From positions 1 to 54,533 of the forward strand of contig CAJFCJ010000059.1 of assembly GCA_904063045.1 (NCBI GenBank): a stretch of DNA of 54,533 bases. Reading direction: 5' to 3'. How positions within the stretch are numbered: the first letter of the stretch is position 1; the number at the start of each line of letters is the position of its first letter. Source of the DNA: Dimorphilus gyrociliatus. Lineage: Eukaryota; Animalia; Annelida. Made by a program: the position numbers and the translations under genes. Shown here piece by piece: positions 22,821-35,579 of this stretch. The notes under the pieces are model-generated. The model was not told where the DNA came from, ran no database searches, and worked only from the letters and a program-made list of their open reading frames with translations.

Positions 22821-25177
22821 ATGTAGTGGCTTCCACTAGTGATGACTGTAATGGTGATCTATGGCTGCATCCACTCAAAAACAGTTCCAAAACCATCCTA
22901 CCAAGGCACGCATGTTACAAGTGCAAACATTACCTTAACATTTAAACCACTATTATACTTTTGTTCTAACCAACTACCAAGCCAGGCATTTGATCTAGCA
23001 GATGAGCTGACTTGTAATATAGAATCGCAAGAAACCAAGACAATTACAGCTGATATCTATGAATTGAACTTGGAAGAAATTGAAACAAGAGCAGTAAAAT
23101 GTCAAGTGTATCTAAGAACTAACTTTTACACTTACTATTTCTTTGGAGCAAAGAAGAGGAGAATTGTTAACTCAGTTATTAAAGTAACTCATGATCAATG
23201 CAACAGATGGTAAAAGACAAATGATCTTTTCAAGGAAAACCTTTAATGGTGAAAAGAAACATTTGGATCCACCAAGATCAGTTTCCTGCTGCCTACACAT
23301 GGCCAACAACTACCAAGGTGCTGGAATACACCACAATTATCCAGTTTGGCAAAGCATATTGGCAACCTCCTAATATGAAAATTACAACTAATCTAGACTA
23401 CCTGGAAGATTGTTTACCAGGGCAGTCCTATTGTGAAACAGAAGAGGCAATTATTGTCTTTAGAAACCTCAAGAATAATTACACACTTGGGCAACAATCA
23501 CCATGGATAAAAATTAGCAACAGAATTAGTTGTATAAAATTTGCTGGTCACTATTCTTGTCCAGGGTATTCTATTCTGGACATCCCTTATCAAGACAAAT
23601 TCATGGATGGAATTGGTGGCCCTGGAACAAAAATGCTAGTACCACTAGAGGAACAGAGTTTAATACAGGAAACAGGCAAGGAACACCTATACAATTTGCT
23701 ACAATATCAAAAGATTGGAAAAAATGAAGAAAAACGACTATTAAACTATCCCAATAAAGTGAAAGAACAAATTATACTATACAAGCAAAACAACCCCTTA
23801 CCAAGTCTTAACCAATGGTATAGAGAAACAAACACAAAGTATAAACTAATGAGAAATAAAGGCACACTCAAGGAAGTTGTGATATATCATCTACAACAAC
23901 CCATTAGTCCATCTTACTGGGAGCTGGATAACTATTATATCCAAGAAATGCTGCAAGCAGTCAATTGGACAAGGGCAACAAGACAATCTATTATGATTTC
24001 AAAATATGTATATAGTGAGAAAAGAATCAAACAGAAGGTATTACCAACATTGGGCATATGGTATAAAGGACCACCAGCCAGAGAATTTAAGATTACCCAT
24101 GAAGGAATTTATTTTACTCTACACATGTGAATGGCTAAAAAGCAGATGAAGAAGGAAGCAAAACTGAAACATAATATAAGTAAAAACCCATACCATAAAT
24201 TCCCACTGGAAATGAGAGAAGCTGCCCAAACATCTACCTTACTATATGGTATTGATTCAAATTTTAAGAACTTAAAAAAGTTTACCCAACAGCTGTCAAG
24301 TGTTCTCTGCAATCAATTTGTTCAAAGAGGCAGGATGATGGCATTACTGGCAAATTTGGATCCTCAATTGACCACAGTGTTAACAAATGAGTTGGGAATG
24401 CACAGTAGTCAGATGGGAGAATTAGCTATAATTAAACAATGTTCACCAATAGATTCAACAGAAGTAGTTTGTGACTTAAGTGTGATAAAAAAGAATAACA
24501 AATGTTCTCAATTTTTACTTATCACCATGAACAACCTGCTTTTCCAAGTAGAACCAGTTACTCATGTTTTACAGCAAGTCGATCCTGAAGAGATTACCTA
24601 TAATGAGTGTAAGTCTAACAAGTTATTCTACAAAACAACTCACAACCCATTAAATCCTATAAGAAACCAACCAATGAAAGACAAAACATATGTGTATTAT
24701 TCAGAAAGAGGATGCAGATTTCACACTGTGTCTGCAAAATCCATGCAGTTAAATATCCACAATCACCTTTCTGAACCAAAAATTGAAATTGCCAGATTAG
24801 CTGACCTACTCCACCATGGGGTAAAGAAGGATATTGCATACCAACACTCAAAAATTAAGCAAGTCATCAGTTCACTGGAACAGAAGCAGGCAAAGTATGA
24901 TAACATGGTCACTGTTGCAGAGAAAAATGGCATTGTACCCAATCTATCTGGAATTAAGCAGTTTTTCCATAGTTGGTACTACAAACCTGGGAAAACACTT
25001 TATGTTATCATATGTAATATTTGTTTGAGTATTGTAGTTTCAATGGTATGTATCATCATTTTCAACTATATTATTGGAAGAAGAAAACAAAGAGAAGAAA
25101 CTGCTACCCCAAGTGAGAGCACAGATAACTCTCCTGAAAACCCAAAACTAATGAAACAAAGTTGTAGCTTTAGTTAA
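22821..25177 (+). pseudogene. env: env-like viral glycoprotein, probably class III fusion protein (rhabdo-G/chuvirus/gB-like); several stops and a frameshift
   Basis: Signal peptide M*WLPLVMTVMVIYG; C-x-YYFFG...C-x2-W...YTWP; LANLDPQL...GELAIIKQC...C; C-terminal TM YVIICNICLSIVVSMVCIIIF. Lesions at 22824, about 23210-23225 and 24128. Confidence 0.72.
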
Positions 25178-25186
25178 CATCAAACT

Positions 25187-25741
25187 AAGAAAATGCTATA
25201 ACATTGGCCAAACATAAGTCTGATTAGTCAGCTTCAAGGCTCATCTTTAATTACCAATAAAGGTTTGGCCAAGTTATAATTTAATTAACTTGCCTAGGGT
25301 GTCGCCAAGTTATAATTCAAATAACCTTCCTAAATGTTGAACCTTGTAACATCCTGTTACTAAACATAAATATGAACTACACATTTCAGCAACTGTAAAG
25401 TGATGATTGGATGTCAGAGGCAAACCTCACTATATATAAATCCTCACTATTCTCATTTGGCATGCAGCTTCCATCTGGACCCAAGGACCTGGGAAAATCA
25501 TCTGGAAACAACCTCCACTGGAACCATCCATCTACTCCTCAACATTAGAAGACAGTTTGGTAATTTGGCAACCTGCTTTTACGAACTATGTACTCTGCTT
25601 TAGAGCTCTCATGTTGTTACTTGCTTAAGTATTATTATTGCGAATAAACCATTTTAATTTAAACATTTGTTTAAAGGTTCGAGTAGAACCAGTATTGTTA
25701 TAACTTGCAAACGCATAGATTTTGCCAGCAAGAGCAGTACA
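25187..25741 (+). mobile_element. 3' LTR (family A); first about 80 nt differ from the 5' LTR
   Basis: Direct repeat of 17830-18377 ending CAGTACA. Confidence 0.9.
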
Positions 25742-25769
25742 ATAGTTACTTCACTGATAGGCAATATTC

Positions 25770-26065
25770 AATTCTTTTGAATTTTGTATGTTAGATGAAG
25801 AACAATGTAAATCAATAGCAAACCTATTCAAAAATTGTTACAACATTGAAAAAGTTAATTTAAATGGTAATAAAAATATGGGAAATGATGGGCAATGACG
25901 AGATGAAAACTGAAATCTGTTAAAAAACATATGCAATGGACTTCATCAATCTTCAAAAGCATTGAAAATTATTAATTTTATTGGTTGTAATTTAAATAAA
26001 GAGCAAAATGTTTGCTTTAGAAATTTGTTGAAAAATTGTTTGATAATAGAAGAAATGAAGCTAAA
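25770..26065 (+). pseudogene. RNI-like LRR fragment of the same NLR family as 49780-51850
   Basis: FCMLDEEQCKSIANLFKNCYNIEKVNLNGNKNMG...GLHQSSKALKIINFIGCNLNKEQ matches the repeat unit at 50544-51227. Confidence 0.65.
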
Positions 26066-26379
26066 AATATGTTTACATTTCTCTTACTGTTCTCTTACAC
26101 TTTAGAATACAGTTATATTACTCTTATATCTTGGTTCTATATTCATCCTCCCTTCAGAGCAGGAAAGTACACTTACAAATCTCTATTTCTATTGCATACT
26201 AATATTTTGAGGTCACATTTAATGAAAAATTGAGGGTTTGAAAATGGAGTTTTTGGAATAAATTTCTTTGCATGAGCGCAAAAAACAGATCTTTTTAAAG
26301 CAATAAATAGATTATGAATACTTTGTCTCCATTACAAAATTTTACTGGCCTGTTTGAAAATTCATCTTGATAAAAGAAA

Positions 26380-26680
26380 TAACAATTAAATCCATTGCCT
26401 ATGCATCTTAACAATTCAATAGTAATCGAATGAAATATGCAGCCTACTAAAAAGAAGCTTTTGGTGTATATTCGGTTGTGAAGAAATTTTTGCATTACCT
26501 TTAAGACAAATCATTCTCTTTTATACTGACCATCAAAGTCTGATACAAACTTTCAAGCAAAGAAAACTAAATGTCAGCACAGCAAAATAGATCATGGCTT
26601 TAATGGATTAAAAATTTACAATTAACTTTGTACTAGGATGAAAAAATAGAACTATTGCTCTAACAAGATTGGAAGAATAT
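26380..26680 (+). pseudogene. Decayed Ty3/Gypsy RNase H fragment
   Basis: IAYAS*...YAAY*KEAFGV..VKKFLHYL*DKSF and, in a shifted frame, YTDHQSL match the AYASR..YS..EKE..YL.G..F..TDH pattern. Confidence 0.6.
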
Positions 26681-26899
26681 ACACCAGGAAGTTAAGAGAC
26701 ATTTGAAGAACTAATTCAAGGAAAAATTGAGAAGGAAATATCTCCCTTTATGTCAGTTAAAATAGAACAGTATAAACATATATCAGAGGCAAAAATTGTT
26801 TGCATATACAACATTGAATATCATCCGAAACAATACCTAGTTGTTTTAAACATTCTTCACAAAATGTATGCTGACAATTAGGTGTTTTTGGCATTCTGT

Positions 26900-27108
26900 T
26901 GTACAACTTTGGTTATATTTTATGCTTGAACTATATTACTTTATGCAACTTATACATGTACCTCTTCAAACCTATGCAAGAAAATACTACAAGTTATAAT
27001 TCAATTAACCTTCTTCAATATTGAACTTTGTAACATCCTGTTACTAAACATAAATATGAACTACACATTTTGGCAACTGTAAAGTGATGATTGGATGTCA
27101 GAGGCAAA
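26900..27108 (+). mobile_element. Partial LTR, family A (U3 side)
   Basis: Begins TGTACAACTTTGG and matches 17750-18060 with an internal deletion. Confidence 0.85.
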
Positions 27109-28195
27109 TAAGATGTTTTTTTGGTTTGAGTTTCTTATTTATCTTTTCTAGATCAGTATAAAAAAATATTTAAATATATTCTCTATGTGAATGATCAAAA
27201 TTCCAAGTTAATTATTTATACCATTTCTATGAAGCAAGTTAATAACACTTTATCCAGGGTTATGTCCACTTTGACTCCTATGTAAGGAGGGGAAATGTTT
27301 ACTTCCTAAAATATATTTTTATTTGCTGTATTATAAAAATAGTATGGCTTAGATGAAAGTTTTCCATCCTAAATAATTTTGTCTTTAATGCTGATAGAAT
27401 CATTCTACTTTCTAAAACTAGACATTAAGTTTTATTCATGACATTAGGAAAAAAATTCTATAATGAGATTATGCAAAATTTGCTGAAATTCTTTTTAAAA
27501 AACTTTCTCATCCCAGTTGTCACCTTCCCTTTTTCTTTATGATAGCTTTTGCATCACTATATAAACACAATAAATGTATCTTGCTTCTACAACAATCATT
27601 CTGCATAACTTGTATCATTATGTTGACTTTTGTTAGATTCCCTAATCCAATAATGTTTTCAGTATAAAGTATTTTAAATTCAACAACTGATGTGAGTGTG
27701 AGAATTAATAAAATAATAAATAAAGACTGTATTGACAACAAAAATATTTCAGTGAATCATTAATCGTTCAATAGTTGCCTATAAATAAGGCAGTCAGTGC
27801 GCTTTGACTGGATCAATACCAATAAAAATTGTTTGGAGTTCAATGACTCATTCAAGAAATAAGCAAAACAAAAAACTTTAAAATTCTTTGATAATAATAT
27901 GAGATATATGTAATAAGTAATAGTCTGAATCAACAAAAAATAGTTGTTTAATAATTGTATAGCTGATATGAGCATAAATCTTAGTAGTATAGAATTCTGG
28001 GAATGATTAATTATTTTATTCAAAAGAAATCTCCCACTCTATAGTTCCCAGGAAATGAAACGTGGGTTAAAACTATATATATATATATATCTTGTTTTCT
28101 TGGTGTTTTGCATTTGGACTACAAAGTTTTTGACTGTCTCATGCAAAGAAATTGAAGCTAGATTAACAAACCATTTTTTCAGAAAAAGACGCAAG

Positions 28196-31100
28196 ATGGA
28201 TTATAAAATCTTCTTCTTTTTCACATTGAATTTGATAAGTGATACTCAAAAATCTTACTTTATCTTTTATCTTCTTATTACTGTTAATACTTTTTTCAGC
28301 TACTGATTCAGCCACAGTAACAAAAAAACAAATTTTAAATTGTCAAGTTGGACAAACCACTGATAAGATACTATCTTGTGGAATTTGTCAAAGTGGAACA
28401 ATTCATTCAATTGATCGATTAAGCTGCTACAGTTAGTTAATTAATTATTTTATCAAAAAAGAAAACAAACAAAGATATGAAAACTTATGTTTTGGTTTAG
28501 AATGTCCCGATTATTGTGCAATTGGATCCTGTAAACTAAAAGCGGATACAAGTAATCCTGCCGATGCAACTATTTGTGAAAAATGTATCAACAATTATTT
28601 TATGAAGGAAGGAAGTTGCCAAAGTAATTCTTTAAAGCCTATTTTAAATTTCACTTTTACTTACTGAATAATTATTTTAGAATGCTTGCCTGGCTGTAAA
28701 AAGTGTGATTCTATTGACAAATGTCAAGATTGTTTTTCCAATTTTGCTTTACGAAGCAAATCACAAGATTGCATTGCATGCCCTCAAAATTGTAAAAAAT
28801 GTAGTTGGCTAGTAACCACCCTTAATGTACTATGTGAAATCTGCAATGAAGGATATACTGTTCAAAATAGGAACTGTGTAGGTTAGGTCTTGAGTGATAT
28901 ACAATTAAATGTGTGGTTTCAATTGAAACTTTTTGAAATATAGCTTGTGGATCATACTGCAAATCCTGCAAATATACTAAAGGCATTGGAATTACTTGCA
29001 ACACCTGTGATACCAATGCTTATAAAGAAACTAATAATAATAAAAGTACTTGTAAACTATGTTCTACATCAATGGCTGGCTGTGCCAAATGTTCAAATAA
29101 AGATACATGTACTGAATGCATCTCTAAAGCCTATGTCCTGACTTCATCTAAGAGCTGTACAAAATGCAGTTCAATCCACTCTTCCTGCTTAGAATGTAAA
29201 GCAAGCAGTGGTACTAATAAGTGTACAAAATGTAAGATTGGCTATTATATAAAAGATAATTCATGCTTTTCCTGTCCAAGGAATTGTCATACTTGTCTAG
29301 AAACCAACAATGTTGTAAAATGTTCAAGGTGTATGGCTGATTATACAGTTCTTGCCAGTAATGCATGTGACAAATGCCCTGATAACTGTTTAGAGTGTGA
29401 AGTTTCTTCTTCCAAGCTCATCTGTAAAGCTGACAAATGTAAACCAAAATATACAAGAAATTCACACAATCTCTGTTCAAGGTGTCCTGATAAATGCAAT
29501 GAGTGCACTTGGAATGCAGCCAACTCGAGGACTGAATGTACTGGAACAAATGCTATTCATTCATGCATTGAAAAGGAGACTGGAAGATCATGGGGACGAA
29601 AGAGTGATGGAACTTGTGCAGGTTTGTTTACATATATCAGATTTTATTTCAAATACTAATTGTTTATTAAACCATGCATATAGCTTGCCCTAACAATTGT
29701 GATAAATGCTACTTTGAAAAAAATACTGCAATAACTCCAGTTTGCTATGCTTCTATGTGCCAGAATAAATATACATTTGATGATATTAGTGGTATTTGCG
29801 TTTCCTGTCCAGATGGTTGTGAACACTGCAAGAAAAGGCCGACTGGGCTAACCTGCATTGAATGTAGTAAAGGGTTTGCTCCTAATTATGGAAATTCATC
29901 AAATAATATTGAATTTTGTGTAGCTTGTTCGATTGAAAACTGTGACTTTTGTGAGGTAATATCTAATGAGGTGAAATGTATGAGATCACCATGTGAAAAT
30001 TTTGCAAGTAAGAAGTTCTCTTTTGAAACTGGAACCTGTGAAGATATTCCTATTAATAGTGTATCTTTTAGTACGGATACTGATGAGAGTGAATTTTTTT
30101 CTCTAGAAAGGACTAATGGTACATCATTTGATCATGATACTGCTAGTGAGTATATTGAGGCACACCCTGATGAAGTTTTTGCCTGGAGGTTTCCACCACC
30201 ACCACCACCACCATCACCATGTCCTCCAGGAAGCATATTCATACCTTTTGGCCCATTTTCTGGACAATGCAGAGATTGTGGGTATAATTGTGCTGATTGT
30301 TTTTGGCCTTTCGAAGAGATAGATGTTAAATGTAGAACATGTATTGGAAATACTCAGTGGGTTGATATTGAGGTAGAAGGTGTAGCTTCTAGAGGATGCT
30401 ATGGTACTAATTTAGCTTTGTTTAAAAACCACTTGCAGTTGATTTTCTATCATTAAAACAGATTGCACCAATGCAAGACTTCAATGTAACAAATTTGAAA
30501 GATTTGGTTCTCATCCAAATTATAAATGTAGATGTAAAGTTAATGAATGCATGGGAGATCAAACAGTTTCTGGAAAAGTTACAGCTTTACAGGAATCCAA
30601 TTCAGCATCAACACCTTTTCAAAAGTGTTCAGGTAAATAGTTTGGTTATTTTAAAAATGGCTCATTTTCAACTGCCTTTATTCAATTATAGCATGCTCTG
30701 AAATGTTTCCATATGCTTTTGAATGTTCTGGTTCCACTAATGGATATCCAAAAGTCTCAAGCTGTCAAATTGGATTTGCTAAATCTAAAGAAGATGATTT
30801 TTGTCTCAGTTAATATATCTTAGATAATTAACCATTTGTTAGCTAAAGCAGTAATTATATTTTTCAGAAATAGATGACTTTTGTACAGTATGGAATGTTA
30901 CCGATACAGTTAATTGTTTGGATTGTGCAGTTGGATCATTTAAATCTGAGCTTGGTTGTGAACCCTGTCCTCCTGGCTGTAGTGAATGTTTTCTTTTGGA
31001 TAGTGAACCCTTTTGTATAGCATGTTCAAATGGAAAATCTGGTAGGGATTGTAAATCTTCACCTGATATTTGTGATGTCAAAACTGTAGACTTTTGCGAA

Positions 31101-34100
31101 CAAAAACTAAATGTAGTTGAACAAAACTTTATAGTAGCAATTTGCAGCTGTGTAGCTTGTAATTCCAATTACAAAATAGAAAATGCATTATATAAAAGTG
31201 GCCAAAGAGTTGGAAGTTGTACAGTCAGAGATGATATAATAGGCCCTTTACCAAATTGTTTAATGCATAGCTCAACTCCAGAAGGTATTGGATGCAGCAG
31301 ATGTAATCAATCTGCCACACTAATAAACCACCGATGTGTTGGCATAGACAATTGTAAACCAGGATTCAATGGAAAATATATGGACAAAGTTCAGTGCAAT
31401 GTACCTGCTAAGAATTATATAAAAAATGATACTGAAATGATTTATGTTCCATCATCACTTCAAGGAGGACTTTACTGTAAAGGCTATATTTCAAAATCAC
31501 AGACTTTTTCTGTTAATGCAGCACGGTGTGCTGGTTGTGAACCAGGATACGTTTTAGATACTTCCAATGAAAATCAATATACATGCATTTCATGCCAGCT
31601 ATCAAATTTACCAAATTGTGTATTTGCTATTGCTTTCAATTCAAAATGCATTTGTGGGAGATGCTATACTGATACAGCAGATAAACATTTTCTCAAACAT
31701 CCAGTTGATTCAGGATGTATAGAAATTGCAGATATACCAGATTGTAATGAATACACACTAAAACTAACAGAAGGAGTATATGTTTCAGTCTGTAATGAAT
31801 GTAGTAATGATAAAATAGTTTCTAAAGATGGCCAAACATGCCTTCCCTGTGGACCATGTCACAATGGAATACCAAAGCTGAATTTGACACGAGATGCATG
31901 TGAATGCACATGTTTAAACAATTCATTTTTAAACACTAACTCTAATGGTTGTGTTAACTGTTCTTTAGATCAAATTCCCAACTGTAAAGTTTTCGGATTA
32001 ATTAATGATGCTTGTACATGCTCAGAATGTTTACCTACTTATGAACTGATTGGCAATTCACAGTGTATTAATTGCCAAAATGATATAATATGTACTGGTG
32101 GAACAGCAGTAAAGAATTCAGGAAATATGTGTGTATGCACATGTTCAAGTAATGCCTTGTTGAATTCTAATTCAAATGGTTGTGTTAGTTGCTCTTCAGA
32201 TCAAATTCCAAACTGTAAAGTTTTCGGATTAATTAATGATGCTTGTACATGCTCAGAATGTTTACCTACTTATGAACTGATTGGCAATTCACAGTGTATT
32301 AATTGCCAAAATGATATAATATGTACTGGTGGAACAGTAGTAAAGAATTCAGGAAATATGTGTGAATGCACATGTTCAAGTAATGCCTTGTTGAATTCTA
32401 ATTCAAATGGTTGTGTTAATTGCTCTTCAGATCAAATTCCAAACTGTAAAGTTTTCGGATTAATCAATGATGCTTGTACATGCTCAGAATGTTTACCTAC
32501 TTATGAACTGATTGGCAATTCACAGTGTATTAATTGCCAAAATGATATAATATGTACTGGAGGAACAGCAGTAAAGAATTCAGGAAATACATGTGTATGC
32601 ACATGTTCAAGTAATGCCTTGTTGAATTCTAATTCAAATGGTTGTGTTAGTTGCTCTTCAGATCAAATTCCCAACTGTAAAGTTTTCAGATTAATCAATG
32701 ATGCTTGTACATGCTCAGAATGTTTAGTTAATTATCAGTTACATGGGAAAACACAATGCATAAACAATACAAATGGTGAGGGTGGAGCAGGGGTCATTGC
32801 AAATTGTAAAGAATACAATAGCCCAGCTGTTTCAGAATGTATAGAATGCATTTCTGGTTGGGCTCTTGAGCCTGCTTCCCCTTTAACAATATCAAAATGT
32901 CATCAATGCCAAGCTGGATGTAAATCATGTATTGTTGATGTAACTTCAACACCAACTACAGTTAACAAGTGCACTGAATGTTTATCAAGCTATGCACTTA
33001 ATAATGCTGGAACATGTATACAATGCCCATACAATTGTGATGAATGCAGAGCTGATCCTGAAAATCAAAATAATGCTATATGCCTCTCTTTGGGATGCAG
33101 ATTAGGTGCTTTGAAAGATTCTGATTTCAGTTGCAATTCTTGTTCTATTGCCAATTGTGAAGTATGTGTACAACAAATCAATGGAATATTCAAATGTTTG
33201 AAATGCCATCGAGGTTATTATAAAGATAACAATGGAAACTGTGTAGCTTGTATTGCAAACTGTCCTGTTTGTTTAAATGATCAGTATTGTATATCTGATG
33301 GTTGCAAAGAAGGCTTTATTAGACACAGAACTGAGGGAACTTGTCTGCCTTGTACTGGAGATGGAGTAGCAAGATGTTCATATCAAACAGCTTCATCCAA
33401 TATACTTATACCACAAATATGTAAAATTGGTTTCAGATTAAACAAATCCACCAATCTTGCTTTTTGTGAAAGTAAGTATTGTGTTAATGAATTCACCATT
33501 TTTTGAGTGTTTAAATTTTTACAGGATGTGATCCAAATTGTAAAAAATGTAATGTTAATGGAATTGCTAAATGTGATGATGAACAATGTAATCTTGGTTA
33601 TTTCTATGATCCAATTAGTAAAGAATGTTTTCAAAATAAACCAAGATGTGAGAAATCAGAAAGGTTGGGTGAAAAAACTGTTTGTACTTCATGCAATACT
33701 TCAATATCCGTTTTATCAAATGGTGAATGTAGAACTTGTCCAATTGGATGTTCCAGTTGTTCATTTGATACAAACACAAATAGATTTTCTTGCCCTTCAT
33801 GTAAAAGTCGATATTATATATCAAGCAACAATATTTGTAGGCTATGTCCAACTGGATGCAATTCTTGTTCACTAGTTGGAGAAAGTGTTCAATGCACTTC
33901 TTGTCTACCAAGCTATGGGTTGAGTCAAGGATCATGTAAACAATGCAATGTAGATAAATGCCAAACATGTGAAATTCCATCTGGAAAATCTTCAATGGTT
34001 TGTACACAATGCTCAGAGCAACATTACTTAAATGCTGATAGTTGTGGTAAATGTCCACATCTCTGCAAGGAATGCTCTCACAATGGAAACTATCAATGTA

Positions 34101-34914
34101 AAACATGCTTGAAAGGATATGGTAAAGCATCTGATGGAACTTGTATTCATTGTCCATCAAATTGTGAAATATGTGCTGTAAACTCCAATAGAATTGGTAT
34201 ATGTATTAAATGTGCATCAAATGAATTTTCTCTTCAAACTGATGGAACATGCATGCCTTGTTCATCTGCTGTATTTGCCAACTGTGCAACATGTAGTTCA
34301 ACAACATTAAATAGAAAGGCTGTTTGCAATTCATGTACTGCTGGTTATTCTTTAAGTGATGATGGAGAAGAGTGCATACCATGTTCAATAACTAAATGCT
34401 CCATGTGCATTCATGGAAATATTTGCTCTGAATGTAAAACTGGTTTCCACTTGATGAATTATAACAAGGAATGTGCTCGTGAGTAGTCCTAGTCTATATC
34501 ATGTCTATACTCATTATAATATGTTATTGCGTAATTTCTTTAGAAAAATGTTATGAATGTAAAGGAAATCAAGCTGAATGTGGAGATGAAATTTCCAGTA
34601 GCAACAACAATACAGATAAAATGAGAATTGTTAATTGTTCCATTGGAGATTGTTGGGCATATAGAAGTGAAAGTTTCAGTAAATTAGAATATGCCAGAGG
34701 CTGTTCAAATGAAACTTGCACTTCGGAAACAGAACACGAATATTGTAAGTCTGCAGATGGAAAGATAGAGTGTGTAAAATGCTGTAAGGGAGACAAGTGC
34801 AATTCTTGGGAATTAGATGGCAAGGCAGGAGTTGAAAAAACTACTTATAAATTGCCATTAATTGCTATTTCTGTCATTTATGTATTTTTTTTTCAAAGTA
34901 AACCTTTTAATTAA
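28196..34914 (+). CDS. Very large multi-exon secreted Cys-rich (furin-like/CxxC repeat) surface protein with C-terminal Ly6/uPAR three-finger domain and probable GPI signal
   Basis: Signal exon MDYKIFFFFTLNLI (28196-28238; intron 28239-28299). Dozens of C-x2-C-x2-C units across 28300-34480. Last exon CYEC...RGC...CCKGDKCN followed by a hydrophobic tail. Confidence 0.85.
31940..32725 (+). repeat. Intragenic 231-bp (77-aa) tandem repeat, about 3.4 near-identical copies
   Basis: CAAATTCC anchor at 31971, 32202, 32433 and 32664 (period 231). Confidence 0.95.
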
Positions 34915-34929
34915 GTTTCCTTAGAAACC

Positions 34930-35110
34930 AGCTATTTATAATTTTATTGCAAAGTCATGCACGAATTTGATTGGAGGCTGTGTTACTCCAGTCAATTCCT
35001 TTACTGTTAAATAAACAAGATGTCACTAATAAGTTTTAAGGTGTAAAAATTTATCACTTACTCTGAATAAAGCTGAGTATGTTATTCTCTTATTGGAAGA
35101 AAAAAGCAGT
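34930..35110 (-). pseudogene. Small MULE transposase fragment including an intron copy
   Basis: AVKELTGVTQPPIKFVHDF resembles AVKDLIGGYSPKKICLDYE; nucleotide match to 36405-36530. Confidence 0.55.
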
Positions 35111-35268
35111 TGAACTGGATAGAGAGTATCTCATAGTATTTCTTAACCTTATGCTTTTTAATCTATTTTTATATTCCTGAGTCGGGATTAGGGAAAAATA
35201 GTTAATTCTGTGAGACATTTTCTCTGGTATCCATGTCTTTCTGTTCATTAAGAGTGGTTAGTGATCTT

Positions 35269-35300
35269 TAGGGATAGGGTTGGGGGTTAGGGTTAAGTTT
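35269..35300 (+). repeat. Short degenerate TTAGGG-like run
   Basis: ttagggatagggttgggggttagggttaag. Confidence 0.4.
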
Positions 35301-35579
35301 TTAATAAAAGTTTAACTAGACACTAAGATCTGAGTTCTGGTAAAAGTTGAACAACTTCCACCAAGTTTCAGGAGTTCCAAAATGGAATGCAAGAGTGTGG
35401 ACATTCTGCACAGGTTTGACAGACAAAGCAATGTCCTGGTTCATGATGTAAAATGTTTTGAAAAATCTTCTTTTGAGTAACAACAGTAAAATAGTCCCTT
35501 TTCTTGATAATTTAACATATTATTTTTCTATGTAAATATTAAAGATTAAAGAGAGAGGCGTTGAGTATATAAATTATTG

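Larger units (their letters stand above)
17750..25741 (+). mobile_element. Decayed Ty3/Gypsy-type LTR retroelement with env-like gene; RT-RNaseH-IN largely deleted; 2 kb host insert in gag
   Basis: Paired direct LTRs, PBS, gag, DSG protease, start of RT and a TM-anchored glycoprotein in canonical order. No matching TSD. Confidence 0.85.

Noticed and set aside
27520-28023. Hydrophobic minus-strand ORFs as another GPCR remnant
   Set aside because: No diagnostic motifs; AT-rich DNA yields hydrophobic translations by chance.
31940-32725. CRISPR-like array
   Set aside because: Long coding tandem units without unique spacers, in a eukaryotic exon.
33383-34823. Antisense and alternate-frame ORFs over the Cys-rich gene (e.g. 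33615-34160, 34569-34823)
   Set aside because: Shadow ORFs of the strongly patterned plus-strand coding frame.
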